In this document: in pieces, positions 52,501 to 64,000 of the stretch
Layout: each line of letters starts with the position of its first letter
How positions within the stretch are numbered: the first letter of the stretch is position 1
Assembly: GCF_964194025.1 (NCBI RefSeq)
Contig: NC_134473.1
Span: 66,278,001 to 66,342,000 of the forward strand
Direction of reading: 5' to 3'
Source of the DNA: Convolutriloba macropyga
Lineage: Eukaryota
Length of the DNA: 64,000 nt
Program-made: the position numbers and the translations under genes
The notes under the pieces: model-generated
The model's input: the letters and a program-made list of their open reading frames with translations, nothing else
The model's database searches: none
What the model was told of the DNA's origin: nothing

Positions 52501-52795
52501 AAGTGTAGCGAAAATTGTGATAGCGCTCCGCACTTATTCTGGCCCGTAGAACGAGAAAAATTTTAAACAATATCAGACAGCACCAGATCGGGGAAGTGAT
52601 TTGTTCAGCCTAAAATCAAAAATGTGTATGAGCTAAAACCAGGATAACTAATTAAAACTCTACTGATCATTTTGTGGGGATTCACCTGGCGCAAACTGGT
52701 TCTCAAACTCTGCATAGACTATCTTTTGTTTGTTTTGTTTACAGGTGCCTTGGGTGTCATCGACTCTCACTAAAAAGCTCAAATTCAAACCCTAG
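34565..52795 (+). CDS. Effector-type caspase (caspase-3/7-like), 10 coding exons, ~398 aa
   Basis: Exons 34565-34586, 35132-35316, 44901-45016, 45671-45804, 46224-46358, 46745-46814, 47913-48042, 48503-48672, 52034-52217, 52745-52795; all GT-AG with matching phases (1197 nt). Motifs GRAVIIN, RQGS..D, ILSHG, GKPKIFFVQ|ACRG, IPAEAD..VAYSTPPGYYSWR, GSYF, KQVP...STLTK. The first three exons are supported only by splice signals and phase. Confidence 0.88.
35413..36469 (+). mobile_element. Full-length family-A Helentron-like element, caspase intron 2
   Basis: Perfect 11-bp subTIR atagctgcgaa (35415-35425) / ttcgcagctat (36436-36446); hairpin ccggaaatctgccgg; ends ctatgtt. Confidence 0.85.
37868..41658 (+). 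mobile_element. Family-C Helentron-like element (~3.8 kb), caspase intron 2
   Basis: tgttccgaccc / gggtcggaaca perfect subTIR, hairpin atgtgcaaacgcacat, three internal ~500-550 bp units; local 170 bp tandem duplication at about 41015-41344. Confidence 0.85.
42006..44545 (+). mobile_element. Older, diverged family-C element
   Basis: 5' ttattgttccaac...ccgatcgatattttcatcg; 3' gggtcggaaaa-ttttgtgttaatgtacat-ttactgaacctcctt; internal ~195 bp tandem duplication at about 43383-43755. Confidence 0.65.
45424..45624. mobile_element. Foldback/MITE-like palindromic element
   Basis: gtatccggctcctctggtgaaagaggagta versus tactcccctttcaccaggggagccgtatac; outer tgtgcac / gtgcaca. Confidence 0.7.
47205..47886 (+). 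mobile_element. Family-B1 element whose tRNA-like cassette is interrupted by a MITE
   Basis: 5' tgctctcgaacg; 3' cgttcgagagcaattcgcccgccgttagtcggtttatgtt. Confidence 0.75.
47435..47778. mobile_element. MITE with ~24-bp TIRs and 9-bp TSD (Mutator-like signature)
   Basis: TIRs ggtgaccggacaatagatcgaaag / ctttcgatctgttgtcctagcacc; flanks cctggaggt (47426-47434) and tctggaggt (47779-47787). Confidence 0.8.
48742..50070 (+). mobile_element. Cluster: B1 with nested family-A element (48821-49356), then two tandem B1 3' halves with tRNA-like cassettes (49640-49712, 49889-49962)
   Basis: Nested subTIR atagccgta / tgcggctat with hairpin TGGCAatcTGCCA; B1 termini ccgacgttagtc (about 49800) and ccgacgctggtcgg (about 50050). 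Confidence 0.7.
50420..51038. repeat. Near-perfect inverted duplication: 233-bp arms, 153-bp spacer
   Basis: 50420-50652 is the reverse complement of 50806-51038 (one mismatch noticed). Confidence 0.92.
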
Positions 52796-55700
52796 AATGC
52801 CTTTGTCTGCAACTAAAATACTCAAAATGAGAGGACAAGTCTATTGAATGAACTAAAAATAATTCTATCTGGGTGTCTCTTACTGTCAATGATGCTTTCT
52901 TTGTATTTTAGTTTCTATAGTAACAGCAAATGATTTGTAAATTTAATATTTATAAATTTGTATATACACTGCCTCCATTTCAATCAGAGGAATTTAATCC
53001 GTTCAAAATTTTTTTGTTACTCAGTTTGAGTTCTTAACGATTTGCTTGAGTAATCAAATTGCTATAGACAAGAAAAAAACATCTGTGAAAAATTTGCTTC
53101 TTGAAATCGGATGTTGCTAATGAACAAGATCTTAATGCTCAGGACCGGTTTGACTGGCGAATATCAAATCTATGGATCCACTGTTTCATAGAAACATAAT
53201 AGCATTTGCATCAAGATGCAAAAACGAGATGACAACTTGAATGAAAATTGCTATGCATTTTGGTCACTGTTACTTCAACGGAACGCTTCGACAAAATTTA
53301 CTCGACTTCCGACATACGACAAATTTAACTCACATTTGTGAACCAAAAATAGACGAGAAATTTTGAAATATAATGAGCGAATAAGAAGCCGCGTCATATG
53401 CGTTAAACAACTACCACATATTTTTGTATAAAGTTGGATCAATTTTGGACGAAAAATGTACTGCCATCCCACTAGCTATATGTCATTAATCTCACAATGG
53501 CATTGATTTATTGCCTCTTTCTGACTATTGCGTTTTTGTTCCATCAGCTGACCTGAGAGATTTGCTAGACTGAAATATTTTCCAGCAGTTCAAAATGATA
53601 GCTCTCTCCGAACCAGCTGATAATTTCAAAATGATGAGACAATCTTGTCAATAGTTATTTTGCCTCACAATTATTTAGTTGAAAACGCGACGCGACGTAG
53701 ACGCTTTGTAATGGCCTTGAATCATGATTATACAACTTAAATTTTTTAAATGATAAAATGGATGACTGACTGAAATTTGGTTCAGGTGATAGGTGTTTCG
53801 CACGTACGAAGCTAACTTCTCTTAAACGAATCACATCAACTTAAGCAGAAAATCAGGTCTAACAAAATCTTTGACAACAATACAAGTAACGTTCCCAAAA
53901 TTGAGGTCGTTTTACCCCTAAGCAAAAAAAAATTTCGCAACAGTTCAGATAAGTTTAAAATATTGATTGAGTTAGCTTTGCCCAAATACATTTAACGTTT
54001 AGATAACAAAGTCATCTGTCTTAATTTCAGAGAATTTTTTAAACAAAAAGAGCAATTTTTGCCCCATATTTAACGAAGCAAAAAAACACTTCCAATTAAT
54101 CACATTATTATCCGTGTAAGTCCGAAATTCAGTGTCCTTTTTACTTCAAAACAATTTTTTTCTACGTTGTGTTGGTGCATCAATTTTTGTGCAACTCTAT
54201 TTTATCCAAACTGTTATTCTCACGCTTTAATAGGAAGTGATGGGCTTAGGGAATTCAGCCGAAACTTAATTCGTATTTTGTTTTCGGCACTCATAATACC
54301 AAAATGTTCTGAATTCTTAAAAAATCAAAGAAAGGTTGATATTCGGCCAAAATAATTAGACTTTGCAACAGAAAAAAAAACAATTGTTTGATTAGAAACA
54401 CTACAAAAGAATCTCAACGCAGAGACACCTACAAAACTATCAGATAAAAGACGCTAAATTGTTTCATCTTTAATTGTCGGCCTCGAAGCGTTTTTGACTG
54501 CAACTCGTTTTCGCCTAGCTAATTAAAAGTTGTTGCTTTTGTTGAAAACAAATCTTAAATTTGGAGATTTTCTTTGTGTGTTTCCCGTTTTTCTCAGCCA
54601 TCTTTTTGAACAACTCAAGTAACAAAAAATCATGTATCTCTGAAACAACTCTCGCATTTATTCCGTGTAAGTTGTCAGTGAGAGGAGACACAAAGTGTCA
54701 GATATGTCAATTTTTACTAGACATTTTTTGCCTCTCACTCGATTGAACAGATTAAACAGAATTGATATTGTGAGAGAATTCGTTTTGAGACATGTGAGAG
54801 AATTCGTTTTTCGTTTTTTTTGGTTTTTTTCATTTATCTTTTATTTCAGTAGCTGAATAAATTTGAGTTATCTTGGCTGTAGTTTTAATTTGTTTGGGAC
54901 TAGAAATTCCGCCCATAAAGTGGAAGGGTTTTGTCAATCTAGGTGTAAAACATTTTCTTGTTGGGTAAAAACAAAAAGCTTGTTGCAAATACCTTAGGCC
55001 TCACGATATTTTTATTCGCGTTTTTTCTTTCGCCGATTTTTCCTCTGGATGTTTTTACGGAGTTCATGTGGTGTGTCATTTTTGTTGCTGAATGCTCAGT
55101 CACTGATGTCAATTTTGTGGTAAGACTTATTGGTTTTACTCTAGTTTTTTAAAGTTTCTGTTTTTATTATTATTGATGGTTTTTTAATGCAAACTTATAG
55201 ATATGTGTCTACAGTTTTGTTCTGTTGTACACAAACTGTTCACGTTTTCAAAGAAATTTTATCTGTGAATAATATAGATTTTGAGATGATGTTTGTTTTT
55301 TGAACTTTATCTTATTATTTCAGCATTTTTTGTGATGGGTTAGTAGGTTCGAAGAATTCTGTTTAGTTATTTCTATCACTGGCTGTAGATTTTTTGTAAT
55401 AGAGTGTCTTAAAGCTCAGTTTGTCTCAAAAATCAGCCCGCTTAAATTCCATGTCTCAAAATTATGATGTAAATGTTTCTCATTAATTTGAAGATTAGCG
55501 ACATCAGTCCGTTTGGTCAGTCTATTGCTTCGATTTGTTTTCATAATACTTCTGGTGAAGTTTTTTGTGCAAATTTTTTGTTTGACCGTTTGTTTTTTGA
55601 GAGAATTCTTCATTTGCTTCTTCAATTTTAAAACGCGGTTTAAAACGCTCTCTTTTTCACGATATAGCTTATTCAATTTGACAATTTAGAACAAAAGGCT

Positions 55701-56618
55701 AAAAATATATATGCCAAAAAAGATTAGTTTCAATTGAAGTAACTGGATTGAAGTAAACAAAGGCAGAATGACATGTTTTTGAATCTTTTTGGGTGATTTC
55801 ATGGCCCAGTCTTTGTCACAAAAGCAGTTTACAAGCATCGCTAGAGACAGCTAGCTTCTGTAGAATGAATCCCCCATCGATCAATATGAATACTTTGTAT
55901 GATCGATTTTTCAACAAAGCTTGCTCACAACCGTCCGTTGATAGCTCTTATACTGCACTGAAATTTTCTCGACCTAAAATTTTATCGGAAATAATGTGGC
56001 AGAAACTTTACTGTTGTAGGTAGATACCTGTTTAAAAATAATAGTCGCAACAGAGAGTGGATTGAATTTGAAAATTTCATTTCGTTGCTCTCGGGCTGCT
56101 CTTTTAGCTAAAGTTTTGTCAAACTTTTGTAAATTGCTCAGATCTCAGAAATGATTTAACCTTACGACATATTTTTGTCACAGCAACTCATGAAAATCAG
56201 ATGTTTGTTTTTGTTTAAGAACACATTTCTTGTGTTAGTTTCCAAGAGTAATAATGATCATGTGGTCCAACTTAGAAAAAATGAAATAATCACAAGCGTT
56301 TAGTCTAGAAGGGGAAAGTAGAAAGCGCAACTCGAAAATGGGAGAGTATATCTTCTGTGTTGTCCCCTCCCCTGATTTTGTTAATTTGCCTAGCAAACTA
56401 CATTACGAAAAAGCCATCAAAGGTTCGTGCTCCCATTCAGAAATTTGAAAGAGAACCAGCAATGATTTGATCAGAATGTATCGGCGCAGTATCCACGCCA
56501 AAATTTAATCTACCCAAGAACAATTTGCTGTGAATAACCCTGGAGACCTTCTTCGTTTTTCCATCCTAGTTTTAAGAGCAGAATTGAGGCGAATTGAAGA
56601 GTCAGGATCATAAATGCT

Positions 56619-59600
56619 AATTTGATGTTTTTTGACAAAGAAATTTTGAGACTCGATAGAAGCCACTTTAAATCACACAAGTTTTTGGTTGGCCAAAGAG
56701 ATTTGGATATGGTCAACTTGAGAATGAGGTAGAAAGGCTTGCCAGATGTCGGATAAGCTTATTGCTAACAAGCTGGATGGCAGCATACGCAAAGAGGGCT
56801 GTTGATGGAGGCAATTGTTGAGAATCCCGCGTTGAGCATTGTACTAACAAGGAGGCTCCTTTATATGCGTTCGCACATGATGTTCCGACCCAAGCGCATC
56901 TACATTTTTGACAACCTAATGAAGAGATAACAAAAATGGATGTTTGCGTCTAAAAAAATGTTAAAAAACCTAACTACCAATTGAAATACATAATTTCATG
57001 CCTCATTACAGCGCTCACGAGATGTGCCATTAAAAGGACTACGACAGAAAAAACAAACAACAAAGTAAGCAAAAACAAAAATTTCACGGCAAAAACTCAA
57101 TATCTAAATTTAAAAGCACCTAGTAACAACGTCAAAATGCAATCTGATAAAACCTTAACTACACAAATTTACTTTTTCCTATTTATACAGCAGATGAAAA
57201 TTTTTCTTAATGAGACTAGATAACAAGTCGACAAAAAGACGGAAAAAATGAAGCGAATTCCAAAAATCAATCAACATTTTTCAAATCAAATAATTTCAAA
57301 AGTCTTAACAATCATTAGTTTATAACGAAACAAGTCTTGTTAAAATTACTGAAAAGTCACTAAGCCATAAGAACGGACTAAAGATGTGGAAAAACTCAAA
57401 AATTTACAAACAATTTGGGAAAACACAAACTATTCAAGTCATTAAAATCATTAGCTGTTAGCTGATATTTTGTATTTGGGTTTCAATTTTTCGTACTATT
57501 TCAGCTAAAATTATACTGAAAGAATAAATTTGTACATTTGGACCACTTTTGAAAATCATTGGGATATGTTATTACCCGAATGTGATAAAGAGTGGAGAAT
57601 AAGGATCAAAAATACACCACTCACAAAATTTCTATGAAAACGCATATTGTCCAACAAAAAAATCAATAACAAAACAAAATCAGAAGACCTGTTATTTTTT
57701 GAAATTAAAGGAATTGGATGGGACTTCTCAATGATGAGAACAAGTTACAATTGACGGAAAGAACAACAAAAACTGGAAAGTTTGCAAATTCTTTGAAGTG
57801 TGTTTTAACAAACTTTAAGACTATTCGCTATGCGACTGTTTTGTGTAAAATTATTCAATCCTCAATTACAAGTTTATAAAGGAAGCAAAATTCCGAAAAA
57901 AAACTTTTTAAAAAAATTAAGAAAACTTGTTCATCGAAGTCATAAAATCAAAAAATAAAAGATAAAACAGCTAATCAGATCATTTGATTCCAGTAGTGAA
58001 GAGGAGGTCCGGTAATTCCTGAGACTGATTTACCGTTCATGGAAATAAGTTTAAAATTGATAAATATTCAAAAAAAATTAAAAAATTTTAAAATCTTAGC
58101 AGTTTTTAGATTAAATAGTTCAACGGACGTCAAAAAATACGTTCAGTTATGCCTTGATGGACGGAAAACGATGTTTGTCATGTATAATATTTGACCATTG
58201 ATAAAATTTTTAGATAAAAACTTATGGTTTAAATGGCTTCCACACTTTCTTTTTGCACTTTTCTAAAAAATTTTTTGTTTTGGCTTGTATTTGTTGTTGT
58301 TTTCATTGTCATAAGGCTTATTGTGATGTCATATTATTTACATATATATGACAAACATCTTTTATAGGCCCATTGAGGCACAATTGAGCGTATTTATTGA
58401 GGTCCGTTGAAAGCTATTGAATTTATTGGGTGTTAAGACTTAAAAAGTGTTTTTTGAATTTTTTTTTGAACTTTGATCAATCTTAAACTTATTTTCGTGA
58501 ACAGTTATTTAATTGTAGTAATGACAGAATCCCTTCTTTTCTGATGCAATAAAAATAATCTTGTTAGCAGTTTTATCTTCCAGCTTGATTATATGACTTC
58601 AATGCCACCAGATTTCAGAAAATATTTTATAATTTTTGGACATTTTTGTATTATTGTTTCTTTTTGAAATCTTATCACGTTATCTTTATATTTATAGCAC
58701 CCATTCCCTTAGAAAAGACGTTCAAAGGATCATTGAAGAAGTCTTCAGGGACAATTTTAAGGTCTAAATGGTTTCGGCACTTTCTTCTCGCGCTTTTCCA
58801 AGGATTTATTGGTTTTTGCTTGTATTTTTTGTTGTTTTGATAGTCAAAAAGTTTAATGTGATGACTTATTTATTACCTATACATGACAAACATCGTTTTC
58901 CGTTAATCAAGGCATAACTGAACGTATTTATTGACGTCCGTTGAAAACTATTTAATCTAAAGACTGCTAAGACTTTAAAATTTTTTAATTTTTTTTGAAT
59001 ATTTATCAATTTTAAACTTATTTTCAAGAACGGTAAATCAGTCTCAGGAATTACAGGACCTCCTCTTTACTAATGGAATCAAATGATCTGATTAGCTAAT
59101 TTATCTTTTATTTTTTGATTTTATGACTTCGATGAACAAATTTCTTAATTTTTTTAAAAAGTTTTTTTTTCGGAATTTTGCTTCCTTTATAAACTTGTAA
59201 TTGAGGATTGAATAATTTTACACAAAACAGTCGCATAACGAATAGTCTTAAAGTTTGTTAAAACACACTTCAAAGAATTTGCAAATTTTCCAGTTTTTGT
59301 TGTTCTTATTGTAACTTGTTCTCATCATTGAGAAGTCCCATCCAATTCCTTTAATTTCAAAAATTAACAGGTCTTCTGATTTTGTTTTGTTATTGATTTT
59401 TTTGTTGGACAATATGCGTTTTCATGGAAATTTTGTGAGTAGTGTATTTTTGTTCCTTCTTCTCTACTTTTATCACATTCGGGTAATAACATATCCCAAT
59501 GATTTTCAAATGTGGTCCAAATGTTCATATTTATTCTTTCAGTATAATTTTAGCTGAAATAGTATAAAAAATTGAACCCCATATACAAAATAGCAGCTAA

Positions 59601-60439
59601 CAGCTAATGATTTTAATGACTTGATTAGTTTGTGTTTTCCCAAATTGTTTGTAAATTTTTGAGTTTTTCCACATCTTTAGTCCGTTCTTATGGCTTAGTG
59701 ACTTTTCAGTAATTTTATCAAGACTTGTTTCGTTATAAACTAATGATTGTTAAGACTTTTGAAATTATTTGATTTGAAAAATGTTGATTGATTTTTGGAA
59801 ATCGCTTCATTTTTTTCGTCTTTTTGTCGACTTGTTATCTAGTCTCATTAAGAAAAATTTTCATCTGCTGTATAATTAGGAAAAAGTAAATTTGTGTAGT
59901 TAAGGTTTTATCAGATTGCATTTTGACGTTGTTACTAGGTGCTTTTAAATTTAGATATTGAGTTTTTGCCGTGAAATTTTTGTTTTTGCTTACTTTGTTG
60001 TTTGTTTTTTCTGTCGTAGTCCTTTTAATGGCACATCTCGTGAGCGCTGTAATGAGGCATGAAATTATGTATTTCAATTGGTAGTTAGGTTTTTTAACAT
60101 TTTTTTAGACGCAAACATCCATTTTTGTTATCTCTTCATTAGGTTGTCAAAAATGTAGATGAGCTTGGGTCGGAACATCATGTGCGAACGCATATAAAGG
60201 AGCCTCCTTGTTAGTACAATGCTCAACGCGGGATTCTCAACAATTACCTCCATCAACAGCCCTCTTTGCGTATGCTGCCATCCAGCTTGTTAGCAATAAG
60301 CTTATCCGACATCTGGCAAGCCTTTCTACCTCATTCTCAAGTTGACCATATCCAAATCTCTTTGGCCAACCAAAAACTTGTGTGATTTAATGTGGCTTCT
60401 ATCGAGTCACAAAATTTCTTTGTCAAAAAACATCGAATT
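56619..60439. repeat. Large inverted duplication: ~1.57 kb arms, ~690 bp spacer
   Basis: 56619-58186 is the reverse complement of 58878-60439; also visible as near-identical ORFs 56981+ and 59835-. Confidence 0.92.
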
Positions 60440-61339
60440 GGTGAAAATGATTCTCAAGTTAATTGCAGTAAGAAGGAAGGGCGTCCCATCATTATTGAAT
60501 TTGACTTACAGTTCATGAAAATTAGTTTATGATCGGTTAATTTTAAAAAAAAAGTCAAAAACTTGTTTTCAAAGTCTCAACAGCCATTAGCTGCCCATTC
60601 AAAGCACTACATGGGTTGATCTAATGCTCACTTCAAAACCTATCGCAGTTCTAGTCAAGAAGTTGATTCAATAGGACTCCAAAATTTTTGCAAAACCTCA
60701 AACAGAAAATCATATTTTCATTCAAAATTATGAAAACAGAGTCGAATCCAAAAGAACATGAGCCATTCCTTGAAAGCGACTTTTTTGTTCGTTGGCCATC
60801 ATTTGACTGTATGACTGTAAATGAGGTTTTGTCATTAACGGAACTGTGATATGAAAAGTGACTAGTCTGTTGGTGACTGAAAAAAACAATAAAATTATGA
60901 AAAATTTTCAAAAAAAGTGCTTTCAAATAGAATTCGATTTTTTTTGGTAGTTAACTTCCCTATGAGACCAGAACTAGTCTTTTTATTGCCTTTTGTCTAT
61001 TAGGAACACAAAATTGGTTTACTTTGTGACGTGAAATGTTATTTTGTAGTTTTACTATTTTTATAGAAAAAAATCTTAATTTGTAGAGAACTTACACTAA
61101 AGTGAACAAAATCATGCCAAATATCCCTTGTTCACACAAAATTTCAATCCTCGATAAATCCTTAAAATAATCGAATTTCAAAAACAATTTTAGTTTCGAG
61201 TTCTACGCTGGACGAGCTTTTTAATGATACTACTCTCATTTCTCTACGATGAATATATCGATCGGCCAAAATTGTCTGAACAAAAAAAACCCATTTGAGT
61301 ATATAGTTCCTCCCCCCACAAGTGGGATCAGAACAATTA
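56846..61339 (-). mobile_element. Rearranged family-C Helentron-like element (minus strand)
   Basis: 5' end at 61339 (reverse complement of ccccccacaagtgggatcagaacaat); 3' end at 56846 (aacaaggaggctc...tatgcgttcgcacatgatgttccgaccc); second, inverted 3' end at 60212. Confidence 0.8.
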
Positions 61340-62210
61340 TGAACATCGGCATTACAAAAAATACGAAATTGCAGTAATTTAACAGAAAATTCAAAATCTC
61401 TCCAAATCATACTGCCTTTAGTTGCCTTACGATAATCTGACGACACTTTTCTTTGATGGCTATGAAAACTTTGACAGGCTAAGCTTGAGTTGTATGTGAA
61501 AACTTTCTCTGCTATGCACAAAATCTATCGAGTATTTTTGTTCCGTTTCTTACAGCTGAAAATTTCAAATCGTATTTGCTGTTCTTGGGCATTATCACGT
61601 GAACAGATTAATATTGATCGGATTTTGAGTACTCGCCTAGATTTAAGTAAAAACATAATTATACACCCTTAGTCAATTTTCCTCAAGTTTGGCTGCTAAT
61701 TATCAATCGCTCGGCCAAGGGGACCGACAAACTTAATCTAAATCGAATTTGCTCACTATTTTGTCTATAAATGATTGCGAACAACCTTGAATTGAATCAA
61801 GCTGCTGTCGCATAGGATTAAACTAGTGTCTGCAGCAAAATCCTGCAAACAAATAAGGCAGACTTAATGTTCGGTTCATGATATGTTTGAGGAAACTTTT
61901 GAGGCCAACGAATTCATTGAACTAACGACAATTTCATTCGAGAAATATCAAATTATAACTTCAAAACAATGCCGACTTTGAAACCTAATGAGCCTCTAAA
62001 TACAATCGCCTCGACAAAACAACTCGAAATTTTGCATTAACACACAGTTTCAATATTTACCACTAATTTGTTCAGATTGTGTCAAATATTGGCTAACTAA
62101 TGTTGAAATTTGTTGGTTTGAAGTTGACTACTGTTATTACTGTTATATAACTTGGAATATAAATATAACTTATAATATAAGGCTCTTGCGTTGGTTGGTG
62201 AATAAACTCA

Positions 62211-62900
62211 ATGTCAGCTTCTGGAACTTTAGACGTTATTGACGGGGAATCGTCGGTTGATGTTAAAGTCGCTTTGAGTGGAGAAACGAACGAAATGTCT
62301 GATTATGGTTCCGAAAACGTCGCAAACGACCTCAGCATGAGTCCTCCAAGCGTCGAGATCCTCGGATCCGATTCAGCTTTTGATACCTCTTCAGGTATGG
62401 AATCCCAGGCAAGTCATTCGCCCCCGAGAGATTTAGATCCCATTAGCCAGAGCCCGAGGACTGGCAATGACCGAACCGAAACATTGGTGGAATCTGTAAA
62501 TTTTGGCACGTCTTTAGAAAATCATTCACGTGCGGGAACCATCAACGCTTTCGAACAAAATGCAAAAGAGGTTGACCTTGAAGCCCCGCCAGATCTGTTA
62601 ACAGTTCAGGAAACGCCTGGTCACGATTCCTCGGATAATAAGTCGGAACAAAGTGTGAAAACAGAGACTAGTTTTGAGATCGTTACCCACGAAAGTGAAG
62701 ATCGGTTAGAGAGTGAGAGATTGGTCAGTGCGAGGTCTGATCCCTCAATCAGCGTTACAGAAGATCGACAGGGAACCATTTCCTACGATGATCATACTCA
62801 AGATGTCTTCTTAAATGAGGATGGTTTAGACACTGACTTACACGTAAGAGCTCAACAGACGTTAGATGACCAACTACTTGAAAAAAAAGAACATTGTTAA
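62211..62900 (+). CDS. Probable first exon of an unknown gene; acidic Ser/Asp/Glu-rich, likely disordered
   Basis: 229-codon ORF with clearly higher GC than its flanks; candidate donor cac|gtaaga at 62844; no recognisable domain. Confidence 0.55.
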   Translation: MSASGTLDVIDGESSVDVKVALSGETNEMSDYGSENVANDLSMSPPSVEILGSDSAFDTSSGMESQASHSPPRDLDPISQSPRTGNDRTETLVESVNFGTSLENHSRAGTINAFEQNAKEVDLEAPPDLLTVQETPGHDSSDNKSEQSVKTETSFEIVTHESEDRLESERLVSARSDPSISVTEDRQGTISYDDHTQDVFLNEDGLDTDLHVRAQQTLDDQLLEKKEHC

Positions 62901-64000
62901 TTTCCTCTGGTACACATAAGTATAAAAAGCAAATGGTAAAAGAGGCAATGTAAAGTTAAGAATACAACATTATGTAAAATTATAAAATCATTAAATTACT
63001 TAACTAAAAATTTGACCTTACATTATCAAAAAATGGCCTAAAATGCGAGCATAAAATGTTCTCACAATTTTATATGTACATCATGAAGATTAAAAAATAA
63101 AATTAATATCTAATGCTCTCAATGTCATCTTTTATATCAGGTACTTTTGGGTCCTTCAAAAATTCTTTCCAAAAATATTCTTTCAGTTCTTTTTTTAAGG
63201 AAGCTTTCGATGTTGTTTTCAGTCTAATATTAGAAGGCAGACTATTATAAACTGGAATGGCTGGTGCAATAAAAGAATCAGTTAAAAACGTATTGTTCTT
63301 TCTTATATCGAACGTTACTTTTTTTGACCTGTCATGTTGTTTTATTCTCATGGTAGAGAGAGGTTCAATTTTATATGCTGGAAGATCGTTGCTGAGTAAG
63401 CGAAAAAAATATTTTGAGCAATGGTATTTCAAGAGAAAAGAAACTGGTACTATTTTGTTGCGAAGTTTGAGATCTGTAGACCGATCGTATTTTCTCCTAT
63501 TAAAAATGGATTTTATTCCCCAATTCAGTTTTTTTTCTAAAGTTGTGAGTAAGGACTTTTGCAACCCTATCAGAATAAGAGCGGGATAATGTAGATGACT
63601 TATTACTATTGCATTAAGTAATAAGACTTTCCTTTTCTCTGGTAAATTTTTACTTAGTGTTTTCAAAACTTTTATTCCACAAGCCATTCTCTGAAGAATC
63701 TTTTTCACTTCTCCATCAAATTTTTTATTGCGAACAATAGTTACGCCAAGATACTTCATACTATTGGATTCTGCTATTCTTTCATTGTCGACATTCAAAA
63801 CAGTATTTGTTAACCTCTTCCTGGTGCTGAACACAATATATTCTGTTTTTTGTTTGTTCACTACTAACTGGGACTTTGCAAAAAAGTCAATAATTTTTGA
63901 AATGTTATGTTCAAGTTTTATTTTTGACGACATTTCATCAGTGTCCGATGTAAAAAGAAAAGTGTCGTCTGCGTACTGGACGAACGTGCAATCTTTTTGT
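62895..64000 (-). mobile_element. LINE ORF2 3' part (RT C-terminus) plus 3' UTR; runs off the window edge
   Basis: Open frame from the window end to 63103: VQYADDTFLF...VNKQKTEYIVF...KYLGVTI...; same general type as the fragment at 1930-3260 but not the same copy family. Confidence 0.9.

Noticed and set aside
55780-56845. Coding-like sequence with interrupted frames (e.g. QFAVNNPGDLLRFSILVLRAELRRIEE, WPKRFGYGQLENEVERLAR)
   Set aside because: Many stops and no motif I can recognise; may be a decayed transposon or pseudogene and needs tBLASTx/HMM search.
63257-63589. 110-aa + strand ORF (likewise 2158-2478, 15915-16241, 25568-25825, 26051-26380, 51993-52205)
   Set aside because: Antisense shadows of LINE RT or of real exons.

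Overview
AT-rich, intron-containing metazoan genomic DNA; no prokaryotic features. Four co-oriented (+) spliced genes were reconstructed by hand with GT-AG, phase-consistent junctions: the last exon of a short/branched-chain acyl-CoA dehydrogenase (ACADSB-like), a 4-exon very-long-chain 3-oxoacyl-CoA reductase (HSD17B12-like), a 4-exon ESCRT-III CHMP1, and a 10-exon effector-type caspase (34565-52795). An unidentified acidic ORF starts at 62211. Most non-coding DNA consists of three families of non-autonomous rolling-circle-like elements with Helentron/HINE (DINE-1-like) architecture: a subterminal inverted repeat (subTIR) pair, a 3' hairpin, T-rich insertion sites and no target-site duplication (TSD). 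Almost all copies lie on the + strand. The most unusual signal is family B1, whose seven copies carry a tRNA-like A-box/B-box cassette with a non-homologous middle and a T-stem that varies but mostly still pairs. The window also holds two LINE RT fragments, a 4 x 1.7 kb mosaic tandem array containing a decayed element terminus, two inverted duplications that each straddle an element end, and several MITEs. Repeat boundaries are approximate (read by eye).
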